DNA of 62,580 nt, the filler included, from Nitrospinota bacterium (GTDB lineage: Bacteria; JAUXIQ01), in assembly GCA_030620925.1 (NCBI GenBank). It is 13 parts of 13 records of this genome, joined end to end, with 100 filler letters (N's around TTAATTAATTAA, not from the genome) between each part and the next. Parts side by side here need not be neighbours in the genome. Positions count along the whole stretch, not along the records: positions 4,184 to 10,090 come from JAUXIQ010000147.1; positions 10,191 to 13,957 come from JAUXIQ010000285.1; positions 14,058 to 18,184 come from JAUXIQ010000253.1; positions 18,285 to 22,158 come from JAUXIQ010000273.1; 9 more parts are not named here. The stretch is one strand, 5' to 3'. Position numbers and translations under genes: made by a program. Each line of letters begins with the position of its first letter. Within the stretch, counting starts at the first letter, position 1. Positions 8,767-19,241 of this stretch are shown one piece after another. The notes below the pieces were generated by a model. The model ran no database searches, was not told the origin of the DNA, and was given only the letters and a program-made list of their open reading frames with translations.

Positions 8767-10090
8767 GTGATAAATACCGATTTCCTGGTGGTGGGCAGCG
8801 GCATCGCAGGGCTTTCCTTGGCCCTCAGGGCTTCTGAAAAGGGATCGGTGGCGGTTGTTACCAAAAGGTCACTCGAGGAGTCCAGCACCAAGTATGCGCA
8901 GGGAGGTATTGCATCGGTACTCAGCGAGGAAGACTCCTTCGACCTCCATATACAGGACACTTTAGAGGCCGGAGCGGGGCTCTGCCACGAGGACGCAGTG
9001 CGGGTGCTGGTGGAAAACGGGCCCCAGCGGATAAAAGAGCTGATGGAATGGGGGGCCAAGTTCACCTTTCGGGAGAATGAGGGCGAGATGAGCACGCTTG
9101 ACCTGGGCAGGGAGGGGGGGCATTCCCGCAGGCGCATAGTCCATGCCGCAGACCTCACCGGCCTCGAGGTGGAAAGAGCTTTGATCAAAGAGGTGGCCTC
9201 GCGACACAACGTGCACATTTTCGAGTACCACATGGCCATAGACTTCATCACCAGGGGAAAGCTGGAAGAAGATGTTCCCCTCGGTTCTCCGGAGGACACC
9301 TGCTTCGGTATCTACGCGCTGAACACTGAGGAAGGAACGATCGAGACTTTTCTTTCACCTGCCACCATGCTCGCCACCGGGGGGGCGGGAAAAGTCTACC
9401 TCTACACCAGCAACCCCGATGTGGCCACCGGCGACGGCGTAGCCATGGCCTACCGCGCCGGAGCCCGGATCGCCGACATGGAGTTCATTCAGTTTCATCC
9501 AACTTGTCTTTTCCATCCGGAAGCGAAGTCTTTCCTCGTTTCAGAAGCGGTGCGAGGCGAGGGGGGCATACTCAAACTCAAAGACGGCTCGACGTTCATG
9601 GAAAACTATCATCATCTTGCTTCTCTGGCTCCCAGGGATATTGTTGCCAGGGCCATTGATAACGAGATGAAGAAAGGCGGAGACGACTACGTGCTGCTGG
9701 ATATAACCCATCTCCCCGGGTATCAGATAAGAGAGCGTTTCCCGAATATATACAAAGAGTGTCTCTCTTTCGGTTACGATATGACTGATGAGCCTATACC
9801 CGTGGTACCTGCCGCCCATTATACTTGCGGCGGAGTGCTCACCGACCTCTGGGGCAGGACCAACATCAAGGGGCTCTTCGCTTGCGGCGAAGCGGCCTGC
9901 ACAGGGGTGCACGGCGCAAACAGGCTGGCCAGCAACTCGCTCCTGGAGGCGCTGGTCTATTCTGAAAGGGCCTTCAGAGCGGCATGTGAAGAGAGAGTGG
10001 AAAGAAGCCCCGAAATCCTGGACGTGCCCAAATGGGATACCGGCAAGGCGGTGAACAGCGACGAATTGGTGGTGGTGTCACATAACTGGG
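8767..10090 (+). CDS. nadB: L-aspartate oxidase (3' truncated)
   Basis: GSGIAGL, STKYAQGGIA, REGGHSRRRIVHAAD, FIQFHPT, LAPRDIVARAI, HGANRLASNSLLE. Confidence 0.96.
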
Positions 10091-10404
10091 NNNNNNNNNN
10101 NNNNNNNNNNNNNNNNNNNNNNNNNNNNNNNNNNTTAATTAATTAANNNNNNNNNNNNNNNNNNNNNNNNNNNNNNNNNNNNNNNNNNNNAAGCTGTTTT
10201 ACGGCCTATCGGCCCTGAGTACGTCTTGCAGGAAAAGTCTCCTGGCAGGTGGACGGACGTCTTAACTTTCGGCCCTGAATAGACCAGCAAACGGAAATCG
10301 TGCAGGTCTTATTGTGCGTAGAGAGGAAACCTCTCAGGCCGCTATACCTGATTTGCCCTCGGTTTTATGCTATGCGTTCCATCTATTGAATGGCCTTTGT
10401 AGGG

Positions 10405-13347
10405 TCATGCTTTTGATATGGATACCCTGGTGTCGAAAAGGGATGCGCAGCCCCCTATCTTGTCTTGCAGGCTTACGTTTTGCAGGAGGGGATCGAGCCT
10501 CATGATTGCGTTGGCGGCTATCACCCCCACCCCTCTTGTGCGGTCGAAAGCGGATTTTTTGCCGTCTATCATTCTGGGTTTGGAGCCCATTTCCCAGTGG
10601 CCGAAGCTGTGGGGCACGACCACCACTCCGGGCTTGACACCCTCCATGATAAAGGCCCGCCCGTAAACCTCACTTATAAATGATCGTGACCTCATAGCCA
10701 CCTTGTCACGGTTATGCAGCCCCAGTTTTTTGGCGTCGATGGGGTTTATAACGACAAAGTTGTCCGGCATCACCTCCATGAGCCACCTGTTTACCACCGT
10801 TCTGGAATTAGCGTGGAATATATACTTATGGGTGATCAACTGGAAGGGATGGTCGGTATCTTGTATTACTCTTCCCGCCACGTCCTGGATGGGTTGATAT
10901 ACAGGCAATCCTGCATAGCGCTCCCCGGTGATGGAATCTTTAGTCGTAGCAAGGGTCTCACTGTAGATGTGGCATAAATTGTTATATTTGTGGGCGGCCT
11001 TGTCAAGGTTAAGCTCTTTCCCGTATTCTTCGAAACGCCCCCCTTTGCTCAGGATATGTTGAATTTTTTCTTTTTCCGTACCACCCGGTACGGGGCCGTT
11101 GATGGAAGCATCGTAGGCTACGTTGGCTATGATTCTTTTATAAAAATCCCAGGCGCGGTCAAGCGAGCCCCCTTCGGGGAAGGCGTTTTCACCGAAGCCC
11201 GGAAGCTTCAGCTTCATTCCTATGGCGATGAGGATGTCTTCCACCATCCTGGTTTCCGGATGCAGCGGCTTGTATTCTCCGGTGTCGGGATTCAACTCTC
11301 CTGCTACGGGCTGCCCTACGCCTGTGGTTTTGCTGGTGATGATGGGTGAGACGGCGGTCACAAACCATTTCTCAAGATAGACGGTGTCGGGGAGAATGTA
11401 ATCGGCCAACGCCGCGGTTTCGCTCATCTCCACGTCGATGGCCACCAGCAGGGGGATTTTCTCCTTATCCTTGAGCACCGTAGAGGCCAATTCGGCGGCC
11501 CCCGGGACGGAGTAGGCCGGATTGCCGAAGTAGAGCATCAAGGCTTTGATAGGGTAGGGATAGTTCTGAGATATACCCGCCAGTATCTCCTGGTAGTTTC
11601 CATGTTCGGCCAGGGGAGACCAGGGCCTTCCGGCCGGATATCCCTTTCTCTTGAATTCGCTGCTATCCTCGTAATAGTTCCCGGCCCGGTTTATTTTGAC
11701 ACCCCTGGATTCCGGAGCCCCTTTTATCCGCATTACTTGATATTTCGCCTGAGGCTCCTCTCCCACGTAATCCCAACTGCCTCCGCCTTTTATCAGGCCT
11801 CCTTTCCAGTCGAAGTTTCCGATGAGCATGTTGAGTGAGATGATCGTTCTCGCGGTATATACGCCGTTGGTATGTTTGGAGACTCCGTTGTAGAAATCGG
11901 CCACGGCCTTTTTCCCGTAACTGGTGAACTCTCTGGCCAGGCCCTCTATGGCTCTGGGCTCGAGGTCCGCCGCCCGGGCATACTCCTCGATGCTCTTCTG
12001 CATCACCTCTTCCCTGAGGAGGGAGAAGACGGTTTTGCAGGGGATGCCGTTGACCTTTATTTCCGCCTCGAGGTCGCCGTGGTTCACGCTGGTATGCTTC
12101 CGGGGAACGCCTTTCACGGAGACCACGTGTTCGCTGCCTTTAGCTCCCTTCCCCATGTCTTTGGCCCTTAAATAGGACATATTGTCCAGCCGCACCAGGT
12201 ATGTGGCGTCGCACCAGGTGGGTTCGCCGTCTATTTGGGCCGCCCTGTCGGTGGTGTTTTCCAGGTAGCGGTAGTCGTACCTTTTGTTCTCCATTATCCA
12301 GCGCATCATGCCCAGGGCCAGCGCGGCGTCGTTGCCGGGTTTAATGGGTATCCACTGGTCGGCGTTGCTGGCGGAGGCGGAGAGGCGGGGGTCCACCACC
12401 ACCCACTTCAGGTTCCTGAGGTTGAACTCCAACAGCTTATCGCGCTCTTCTTCCTGGATGGACTCTGAACCTCCTCTCAAAACGCCCTGAGATTTCATGA
12501 GCTTTCTTATCAGCACTTGTGCCGGGAAGTTGGCGTCCAGGGGCGACGTGCCGAAGAAGATAATATATTCAGCGTTGAGAATGTCCGGCTTCATGTCATC
12601 GGTTTTATCATCCAGGGATAGTCTGTAGGCGGTGTGGTATGTTGCGGAGCCGATGCTGGGCAGCCGGGAGGTGATGTTAACCGTGCCGTAAGCCTTGAGG
12701 AACCTCTGGATGAACAGATGCTGCCCCAACCCGCTTTCACCGCTCATGAACACGAATTGGTTGGCCCTGGGCCCCAGCTCCGGCGCTTGGGGATCGATGG
12801 GAGTTTTAAGGTCACGCAGCCCCTTGAGGCCTTCCACTTGCCCTTCTCCGAAGAGGTCTCCCCCCTCCACTATCTCGGATATAGCCTGTTCCCAGCTTAT
12901 GGTCTGCCACTTTCCGGAACCGCGGGGACCCACCCTTTTGAGGGGCTGCTTTATGCGCATCGGGTTGTAGAGCGTCTGTATGCCCGATTGCCCTTTTACA
13001 CATAGTGAGCCGGTGAAGCGGATGGCTTTTTCCAGGGAGGTATCGTATGGTATATGTGGTTCGAGAGTGTTGGGGTGGTAGGGGTTTCCATCCAGTTTGA
13101 TCAGGCGCCCGTCTTTGATCCTGGCTTTGACGCCGCAGAAGCCGGGGCACATCTGGCATACGGTATATTTCACCTGGACACCGAAATCTGTTTCCACGAC
13201 GTCTTCCGCGGCGGCACCCCATATTTCTTCGTCCACCTTTTCCTTGGGAAGCTCGAAGGGTATGAGGGTGTTGGTGCAGCCTGTCAGGGCGGCTCCACCG
13301 CCTACAACGGCCATTTTTTTAAGGAAATTTCTTCTCTGTTCATCCAT
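10405..13347 (-). CDS. Mo-bisPGD oxidoreductase catalytic subunit, tetrathionate reductase TtrA-like clade
   Basis: Tat signal RRNFLK with lipobox LTGC; FS0 motif CQMCPGFC...C; GNPYHP; RVGPRGSGKWQTISWEQAI.EIVEGGDLFGEG; ADYILPDTVYLE. Confidence 0.88.
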   Translation of the reverse strand: MDEQRRNFLKKMAVVGGGAALTGCTNTLIPFELPKEKVDEEIWGAAAEDVVETDFGVQVKYTVCQMCPGFCGVKARIKDGRLIKLDGNPYHPNTLEPHIPYDTSLEKAIRFTGSLCVKGQSGIQTLYNPMRIKQPLKRVGPRGSGKWQTISWEQAISEIVEGGDLFGEGQVEGLKGLRDLKTPIDPQAPELGPRANQFVFMSGESGLGQHLFIQRFLKAYGTVNITSRLPSIGSATYHTAYRLSLDDKTDDMKPDILNAEYIIFFGTSPLDANFPAQVLIRKLMKSQGVLRGGSESIQEEERDKLLEFNLRNLKWVVVDPRLSASASNADQWIPIKPGNDAALALGMMRWIMENKRYDYRYLENTTDRAAQIDGEPTWCDATYLVRLDNMSYLRAKDMGKGAKGSEHVVSVKGVPRKHTSVNHGDLEAEIKVNGIPCKTVFSLLREEVMQKSIEEYARAADLEPRAIEGLAREFTSYGKKAVADFYNGVSKHTNGVYTARTIISLNMLIGNFDWKGGLIKGGGSWDYVGEEPQAKYQVMRIKGAPESRGVKINRAGNYYEDSSEFKRKGYPAGRPWSPLAEHGNYQEILAGISQNYPYPIKALMLYFGNPAYSVPGAAELASTVLKDKEKIPLLVAIDVEMSETAALADYILPDTVYLEKWFVTAVSPIITSKTTGVGQPVAGELNPDTGEYKPLHPETRMVEDILIAIGMKLKLPGFGENAFPEGGSLDRAWDFYKRIIANVAYDASINGPVPGGTEKEKIQHILSKGGRFEEYGKELNLDKAAHKYNNLCHIYSETLATTKDSITGERYAGLPVYQPIQDVAGRVIQDTDHPFQLITHKYIFHANSRTVVNRWLMEVMPDNFVVINPIDAKKLGLHNRDKVAMRSRSFISEVYGRAFIMEGVKPGVVVVPHSFGHWEMGSKPRMIDGKKSAFDRTRGVGVIAANAIMRLDPLLQNVSLQDKIGGCASLFDTRVSISKA

Positions 13348-13369
13348 TGGCAGAGCCCCTTGCCTTTCT

Positions 13370-13957
13370 TCAGCTTAATGGGATTTTGTATGCGGTAAAA
13401 ACCAATGTGTAACGCATGAAGAATACGCCTACCATTATTAATACCGAGTTGATGCTGACGAAAACGGGGTGAGTCCTGGTTCTGCGATAGGCCAACAGGA
13501 TCAGTGGAATGAGCATCCCCAACACCAGCTCGCCCCATATATATTCCGGATCGTGAAAAGCGATGCTCAGTGCCGCGATACCGTCTTCTACGGAGAGCCC
13601 CAGCACCAGCCAGAAGGATGTCACCCAGAACATATCCAGGATTATTATTGCCAGCATCATTTTGCCCAGGCCGTCCAGCAGTTCCCTGTCGTGTTCCCTG
13701 CCCAGCAGCTTGTTCTGCGAGAGGACTATCAGCAGCAGAAGGGCTATCCCCGATAGGAGGGCCGAGGTGAGGAAGTAGCCGGGCATGAGGGCTGAATTCC
13801 ACCAGGGGCGGGCCTTGGTAACGCCGAACACGAAACCCGTATAGGCGTGCACGGCAACAGCCAGGGGGACGATGATGGTCCCCAGTATCTTGGTGGTCTT
13901 GTTATCCCCTATATACATGAACCAGATGTAAATGAAGGTGAGGATGGGGTAGAGAGT
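13370..13957 (-). CDS. NrfD/PsrC-family membrane anchor subunit (5' truncated)
   Basis: VHAYTGFVFGVTKARPWWNSALMPGYFLTSALLSG with multiple transmembrane helices; directly upstream of the Mo subunit. Confidence 0.9.
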   Translation of the reverse strand, partial: TLYPILTFIYIWFMYIGDNKTTKILGTIIVPLAVAVHAYTGFVFGVTKARPWWNSALMPGYFLTSALLSGIALLLLIVLSQNKLLGREHDRELLDGLGKMMLAIIILDMFWVTSFWLVLGLSVEDGIAALSIAFHDPEYIWGELVLGMLIPLILLAYRRTRTHPVFVSINSVLIMVGVFFMRYTLVFTAYKIPLS

Positions 13958-14057
13958 NNNNNNNNNNNNNNNNNNNNNNNNNNNNNNNNNNNNNNNNNNN
14001 NTTAATTAATTAANNNNNNNNNNNNNNNNNNNNNNNNNNNNNNNNNNNNNNNNNNNN

Positions 14058-14188
14058 AACTGGGCGGCGCGGTTGAGTAAAGAAAAGCCATGGGTGTATG
14101 GCGGGACAATCGGAGCCTTATTAATCGCGAGTTTCATGTACGGTTGTGTGCGCGGGGGGGGGTGAGATTCCCCCCGTCGACTCGAAAC
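14058..14188 (+). mobile_element. degenerate group II intron 3' end (domains V-VI and RT/maturase tail remnant)
   Basis: GAGCCttattaatcgcgagtttcatgtaCGGTT (DV-like, AGC triad, 14113-14146), then a GGGGGG-TGAGAT-TCCCCCC..ACTCG DVI-like hairpin. Preceded by NWAARLSKEKP...GGTIGA, resembling an intron-encoded protein C-terminus. Confidence 0.72.
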
Positions 14189-14812
14189 TTTGAGCCTGTG
14201 GCAGCCAACCCCTATATGTAGTATCGGTCTTAATACACCAATGATAGAAGGTCTCCCTCAAGCCTTCCCAAAGAATTATCTTGTTAACACAATAATGAGA
14301 TTTTGCTATGATGATAGGGTGTGTCGGATTAAATATTACACAAAATCAGGCGACTATTTAAAGGGGAAATAAAAAGTGACATTATAAATAATATAGTTTT
14401 CAATAAATCTATACTTACCCGCTTTTGCCGAATTGAGAAAAGCATCGAACTGTTGTTTGGTGCCAGCCATAGCCTTTATTTCCACCGGCGATAAATGTGT
14501 CGGCCCCCATATGAAAAGTATACGAGGGATTTGTTCCCGTGTTACCGCACGGCAGAGAGTTTCGCCGATATCGGCCCCTTAGAAAGTTGGATATTGTGAA
14601 GGCAAAAAGATTACCCAAACCCTTCGTTTACTTCATTCCTATCCTATAAAAATTCCTTGCAATAAGTCGTCTGTTTCATATAATTCCATTATAAAATTGA
14701 TGTGAGAGATGTTTTAATACCTGTCGAAGACTTCTTAATCTGTATTATATTATAACTTATTCGGCGCTATGTTTTACATTTTGCTTATCGGAGCCCTGGG
14801 AGGATAGTTGCA

Positions 14813-16354
14813 ATGGGAATAGAAAGTGCCCTCCAATTAACTCATGTCAGCTTACTCAAGAAACAGGCCGAACTATACGGCGACAAGCCTTTATACTACT
14901 TCGAAGACCGGAAAGTCGAATACAACGAGTTCGACCACAAGACCGACATTATTGCCAAAGGGTTGGAAAAAATTGGTGTAGAAAGGGGGGATAGGGTAGG
15001 GATACTTCTGCCCAACGGGAACGAGGTGTTGGAATCGTATTACGGGATATGGAAGAACGGCGGTATATCCGTATCCTTGAACCCCATGTACACTGGAAAG
15101 GAAATCGAGTACATAATTAATAATGCGGAAGCTAAATACCTCATCACTTCTGATTTTTTCAGGTCCCGCCTCGAAGCGGTGAGGCCCAATATGCCGTCTT
15201 TAGAGGGGGTGATCATGGTAACCCCTGATCCGACACCGGATAGCATACCCTACGCTGATATAACTTCCGGTTCGGAGCGCATAGGGGACAAAGGAATTTT
15301 GCCAGACCATCCGGCGCAGATAATGTATACATCCGGTACCACTGGCAAGCCGAAAGGGGCGGTCCTCCCCCATAACGGGGTCATCGCAGCCTCCTCTGCG
15401 ACCCCTAATTTGGGCTACTTCGGTCCCGATGACAGCACGGTCTGCGCCCTTCCCTTATTCCACCTGTTCGCGGTGGTGGTGTTCGCAAGCCACCTATACG
15501 CCGGTGGGAAAGGGATAATCATCCACGAACGTTTCGACGCAGAAGCGGTATTGCAAGATTTCGGCAAATATGGGACCTCGATATTTTTCGGCGTGCCCAC
15601 CATGTATTCTTTCCTGCTGGATTCGTATGATCCCTTAAGGCATAATGTGGATAAAATGAGGCTGGGCATAGTAGGCGCCGCACCGGTTCCCGTGCATGTC
15701 ATGCGGGAAATTGAAAAGGAATTCGGAATGACCATTATAGAAGTGTTCGGCCAGACCGAGTCCTGCGGCGGCGGCGCCATCGAACGACTGGAAATGGAGC
15801 GCAAAATAGGTTCCTGCGGCATTGCCATACCCGGCCTGGAGCTTAAAATCGTTGATGAAAACGACAACGAGCTCATGCCCGGGGAGTTGGGTGAAATCGT
15901 TACGCGCGGGCCCATGCAGATGAAGGGGTACTGGAACATGCCTCGGGCCAACCAGGAAACCTTGCGCAACGGCTGGCTGCACAGCGGCGACATGGGCAGG
16001 ATGGACGAAGAGGGGTACGTGTACATAGTGGACCGGTTGAAGGATATGATCATCACCAGTGGATTTAACGTCTACCCCAAGGAAATAGAGGATGTCATCT
16101 ATTCGCATCCCGCCGTGCTGGAAGCTACAGTGGTGGGGGCGCCGGACGCGACCAAAGGTGAGTTAGCCAAAGCGTTTGTGGTGGTCAAGGAGGGATCGAG
16201 TGTAACTGAGGAGGAGTTGAACGCCTTCTGTCGCGAACGCCTCGCGGCGTATAAAACCCCACGTATCTATGAGTTCAGGGACTCCCTCCCCAAGAGCCCG
16301 CAAGGCAAGATCCTTAAGAGGGTTCTGCGTGACGAAATGAAAACCGAATCGTGA
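14813..16354 (+). CDS. long-chain fatty-acid/aryl CoA ligase (ANL family)
   Basis: YTSGTTGKPKG, FGQTE, HSGD, SGFNVYPKEIE, PKSPQGKILK. Confidence 0.93.
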   Translation: MGIESALQLTHVSLLKKQAELYGDKPLYYFEDRKVEYNEFDHKTDIIAKGLEKIGVERGDRVGILLPNGNEVLESYYGIWKNGGISVSLNPMYTGKEIEYIINNAEAKYLITSDFFRSRLEAVRPNMPSLEGVIMVTPDPTPDSIPYADITSGSERIGDKGILPDHPAQIMYTSGTTGKPKGAVLPHNGVIAASSATPNLGYFGPDDSTVCALPLFHLFAVVVFASHLYAGGKGIIIHERFDAEAVLQDFGKYGTSIFFGVPTMYSFLLDSYDPLRHNVDKMRLGIVGAAPVPVHVMREIEKEFGMTIIEVFGQTESCGGGAIERLEMERKIGSCGIAIPGLELKIVDENDNELMPGELGEIVTRGPMQMKGYWNMPRANQETLRNGWLHSGDMGRMDEEGYVYIVDRLKDMIITSGFNVYPKEIEDVIYSHPAVLEATVVGAPDATKGELAKAFVVVKEGSSVTEEELNAFCRERLAAYKTPRIYEFRDSLPKSPQGKILKRVLRDEMKTES

Positions 16355-16695
16355 GAGAGATCGACTGCATAGGGAGGTTACGTAAAGAATTACCGCCCAT
16401 GGGTTTTACATACTTTACCCTTATGAGAATATCCCCTTTACTTTATGAGCACCCTGAAAAAGTCGATTCATTTTAATTTTTCTTGCTCTGGGGATTGGAA
16501 TAATTTAAGTCATTTAAATTAATCGAGCTGACTGAAAAAGCTGATTGAAGAACAGCACGGTAGAATCCAGCGAAACTAGGCGAAAGTTGGACTGATAAGG
16601 TCGAATATTTTTCTTGACTTAATCTTGCCGGGCGATAACATTGAAAATTTGTGATTTATGGTCAGGGTACATTATTGATGGAAAGGGGGGTAACG

Positions 16696-17853
16696 TTGAC
16701 TCTATCAGGTATTTTGGACAAATGTAGGGAAATCTGCGAGGACCCCGATTTCCGTGCGGCTATAAAGTGGAAGGAGGAGCAACCCGGCAGGAAAGTAGTC
16801 GGCTGCTTCCCCGTTTACACTCCTGTGGAAGTCATCCACGCTTGCGGCCTGCTGCCCGTAGGGGTCATGGGGGCGGGCAACCTCATCGAGATTGACCGGT
16901 CGGACTCGCTCATCCAATCCTTCATCTGTTCCATAATCCGCAGTACCACGGAGCTGGGGCTCACGGGGCGGCTGGATTTCATGGACGCCATCTATTTCAC
17001 CTCCATTTGCGATGCCGCCCGCAACCTCTCCGGCGTGTGGCGGATGAAATTCCCCGACCTCCTGGTGGAATATATCCATTTCCCTCAGAACATGACCTCC
17101 AAGTATGTTGTGGACTATTACCGCAACGAGCTCGACCGCCTCAAGAGCAACCTTGAAAGGCTAACCGGTCGCCAGGTAGGTGAGGAACAGTTGAGGGAGA
17201 GCATCGCTCTGTTCAACCGTTATCGCAACCTGTTGGAGGAAATCTACAGTATCAAGCGAGAAAAACCCTGGCTAATCTCCTCCGAGGAAGCCTATGCCAT
17301 CATGAGGGCCACCACTTCTCTCCCCGTGGAGGAGAGCAACGCCATGCTCCAGGAAGTGCTCGACTCTCTGTCCGACAGGGAGGCGAGGCCCAGGGACGGC
17401 ATAAGGATAATCATTGAGGGAGCCTTCTGTGAGCAGCCCCCCCTGGAGATGCTCAAAGCCATAGAAGAGGCGGGAGCTTTCATCGTAGACGACGACTTCC
17501 TGGTGGGTTGGAGGTGGTTCAAGGGAGACGTTCCTCTCGATGGCGATCCACTGACCAACCTGGCGGATTCCTACATCAGCCGGAGCGTCTATTCTTCGGT
17601 CCGCCACTATGGGAACAGACCGCGGGACAAGGAGCTGGTGGATAAGTTTCACCGATCCAGAGCCGAAGGTGTCATATTCTGCCCCGCTAAATTCTGCGAG
17701 CCGGCCCTGTTTGACTATGTCATCTACAAGGAAACCATGGAGAAAGAGGGCATTCCCTACTTAGCCATGGAATTTGAGGAAAAGATGGAAGTCTTCGAGG
17801 GGATACGTTCCCAGGTGGAGACCTTCGCCGAGTCCCTTCTCTTCTTCGCATAA
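16696..17853 (+). CDS. bcrC: class I benzoyl-CoA reductase subunit C (BcrC/BadD type)
   Basis: PVYTPVEVIHACGLLPVG, QSFICSIIRSTTELGLTGRLDF, SICDAARNLSGVW, GAFCEQPP, KFCEPAL. TTG start chosen from the GGGGGG RBS. Confidence 0.8.
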   Translation: MTLSGILDKCREICEDPDFRAAIKWKEEQPGRKVVGCFPVYTPVEVIHACGLLPVGVMGAGNLIEIDRSDSLIQSFICSIIRSTTELGLTGRLDFMDAIYFTSICDAARNLSGVWRMKFPDLLVEYIHFPQNMTSKYVVDYYRNELDRLKSNLERLTGRQVGEEQLRESIALFNRYRNLLEEIYSIKREKPWLISSEEAYAIMRATTSLPVEESNAMLQEVLDSLSDREARPRDGIRIIIEGAFCEQPPLEMLKAIEEAGAFIVDDDFLVGWRWFKGDVPLDGDPLTNLADSYISRSVYSSVRHYGNRPRDKELVDKFHRSRAEGVIFCPAKFCEPALFDYVIYKETMEKEGIPYLAMEFEEKMEVFEGIRSQVETFAESLLFFA

Positions 17854-17864
17854 GGGACAGGACC

Positions 17865-18184
17865 ATGGATGTTCAGCTAAAACACAAAGACGTAGCGAGG
17901 CACTACCAGAAAGAGCTTCTCACCAATTGGTATGGGCGTATAACCAGGTCAAGGGAGGAGGGGCGCCCTCTGGCCTACAGCTTCATTCCGGGCAACGTCT
18001 CCGAGCTGCTCCGCTCCTTCGGCTTCGAGGTGACCTTCCCCGAGGTGAACGCGCTGCAGTGTGCCATAAAAAAGGTCTCCGGCGGTTACATTCTCAAATC
18101 CGAGGACATAGGGCACTCCTCGGACGTCTGCAGCTACATGAAGAACGACGTGGGCATCATGCTAAGCGGTGGTAAAGGGCCTGA
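17865..18184 (+). CDS. bcrB: class I benzoyl-CoA reductase subunit B (BcrB/BadE type, 3' truncated)
   Basis: FIPGNVSELLRSF...PEVNALQ...EDIGHSSDVCSYMKNDVG; directly follows bcrC. Confidence 0.78.
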
Positions 18185-18286
18185 NNNNNNNNNNNNNNNN
18201 NNNNNNNNNNNNNNNNNNNNNNNNNNNNTTAATTAATTAANNNNNNNNNNNNNNNNNNNNNNNNNNNNNNNNNNNNNNNNNNNNCG

Positions 18287-18859
18287 GCTCGACAACTGCT
18301 GAGGGATGCCGGATGGAAGGATAGAGACAGGGACGGCATACGGGAAAAGAACACGCTCGAATTGAGTTTCAAGCTTTATGCGGAAGAGGGCTGGGTAACC
18401 GGCCTGAAGATGGCCATAATTGTAAAGGATGCTTTCAAGAAGCTGGGGATAAATGCCAAGGTGGAGAAAATCGAGCGGAGCACACTGCTGGAAAAGCTGC
18501 GCGATGGCTCTTTCGAAGCCGCACTGGTTCGCCTGGAGACTACCCCATACACCGATCCATATCAGTTCTGGCATTCCTCTCAGGCGGACCGGGGATACAA
18601 CTTTTCCCGCTTCGTAAATACAGAGGCCGACTACCTACTGGAACGCGCCAGACTCGAAAAAGACGCCGGAAGCCGCTCTAAACATTACGCGAAGCTGCAA
18701 CAGATCATTCATAATGAAATTCCCGTCATCTTCCTCTTCTCGCATCAGACGCTGATGGCGATCTCCCCGCCCCTGCGGGAACTGGATATAAACCCTTCGG
18801 ATATATACTTCCCTTTTCGTATGCGGAAGGTAGAGGAAGGCACCGGCCCTACTAATTAA
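18287..18859 (+). CDS. ABC peptide/nickel substrate-binding protein (family 5), C-terminal part
   Basis: ARQLLRDAGWKDRDRDGIREK, DPYQFWHSSQ, YNFSRFVN, LQQIIHNEIPVIFL. Confidence 0.85.
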   Translation, partial: ARQLLRDAGWKDRDRDGIREKNTLELSFKLYAEEGWVTGLKMAIIVKDAFKKLGINAKVEKIERSTLLEKLRDGSFEAALVRLETTPYTDPYQFWHSSQADRGYNFSRFVNTEADYLLERARLEKDAGSRSKHYAKLQQIIHNEIPVIFLFSHQTLMAISPPLRELDINPSDIYFPFRMRKVEEGTGPTN

Positions 18860-18919
18860 AACAGTGTTTAAGACATACCGCCGCCCTCATTGAAAAAACC
18901 GGTATCGGGTGACAGGAGC

Positions 18920-19237
18920 TTATTCAGCTTTCTTTTTGGGAAGGGTGGGCCGGGTTTCGTCTACAGTTTCCTGCTGGTCGCCCTTTTGCTCCACGAGAGA
19001 CTTGACCTCTTTCTTGGTGGAACTCATGGCCAGGGCCAGAGAGGTAACCATGAAAAGAATAGCCGCTATGGTGGTCAGCTTATGAAGGAAAGTGGTGGCC
19101 CCGCGTGGGCCAAACAGGGTTTGGCTAGCCCCTCCAAAGGCTGCGCCCATGGAGGCACCCTTCCCTGTCTGCAGAAGAACGATTATTACCAGGGCAAAAG
19201 CCACCAGAATATGCAACGACAAGATGATAGAAATCAA
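18920..19237 (-). CDS. secG: preprotein translocase subunit SecG
   Basis: VLLQTGKGASMGAAFGGASQTLFG...FLHKLT; follows tpiA. Confidence 0.96.
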   Translation of the reverse strand: MISIILSLHILVAFALVIIVLLQTGKGASMGAAFGGASQTLFGPRGATTFLHKLTTIAAILFMVTSLALAMSSTKKEVKSLVEQKGDQQETVDETRPTLPKKKAE

Positions 19238-19241
19238 AAGG

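Noticed and set aside
14415-14618. 67-aa ORF next to the intron remnant
   Set aside because: No RBS or motif, in AT-rich promoter-like DNA; cannot be supported.
18860-18920. tRNA-Leu often found after secG
   Set aside because: No cloverleaf or T-loop motif in the 60-bp gap. No tRNA or rRNA was recognised anywhere in the window.
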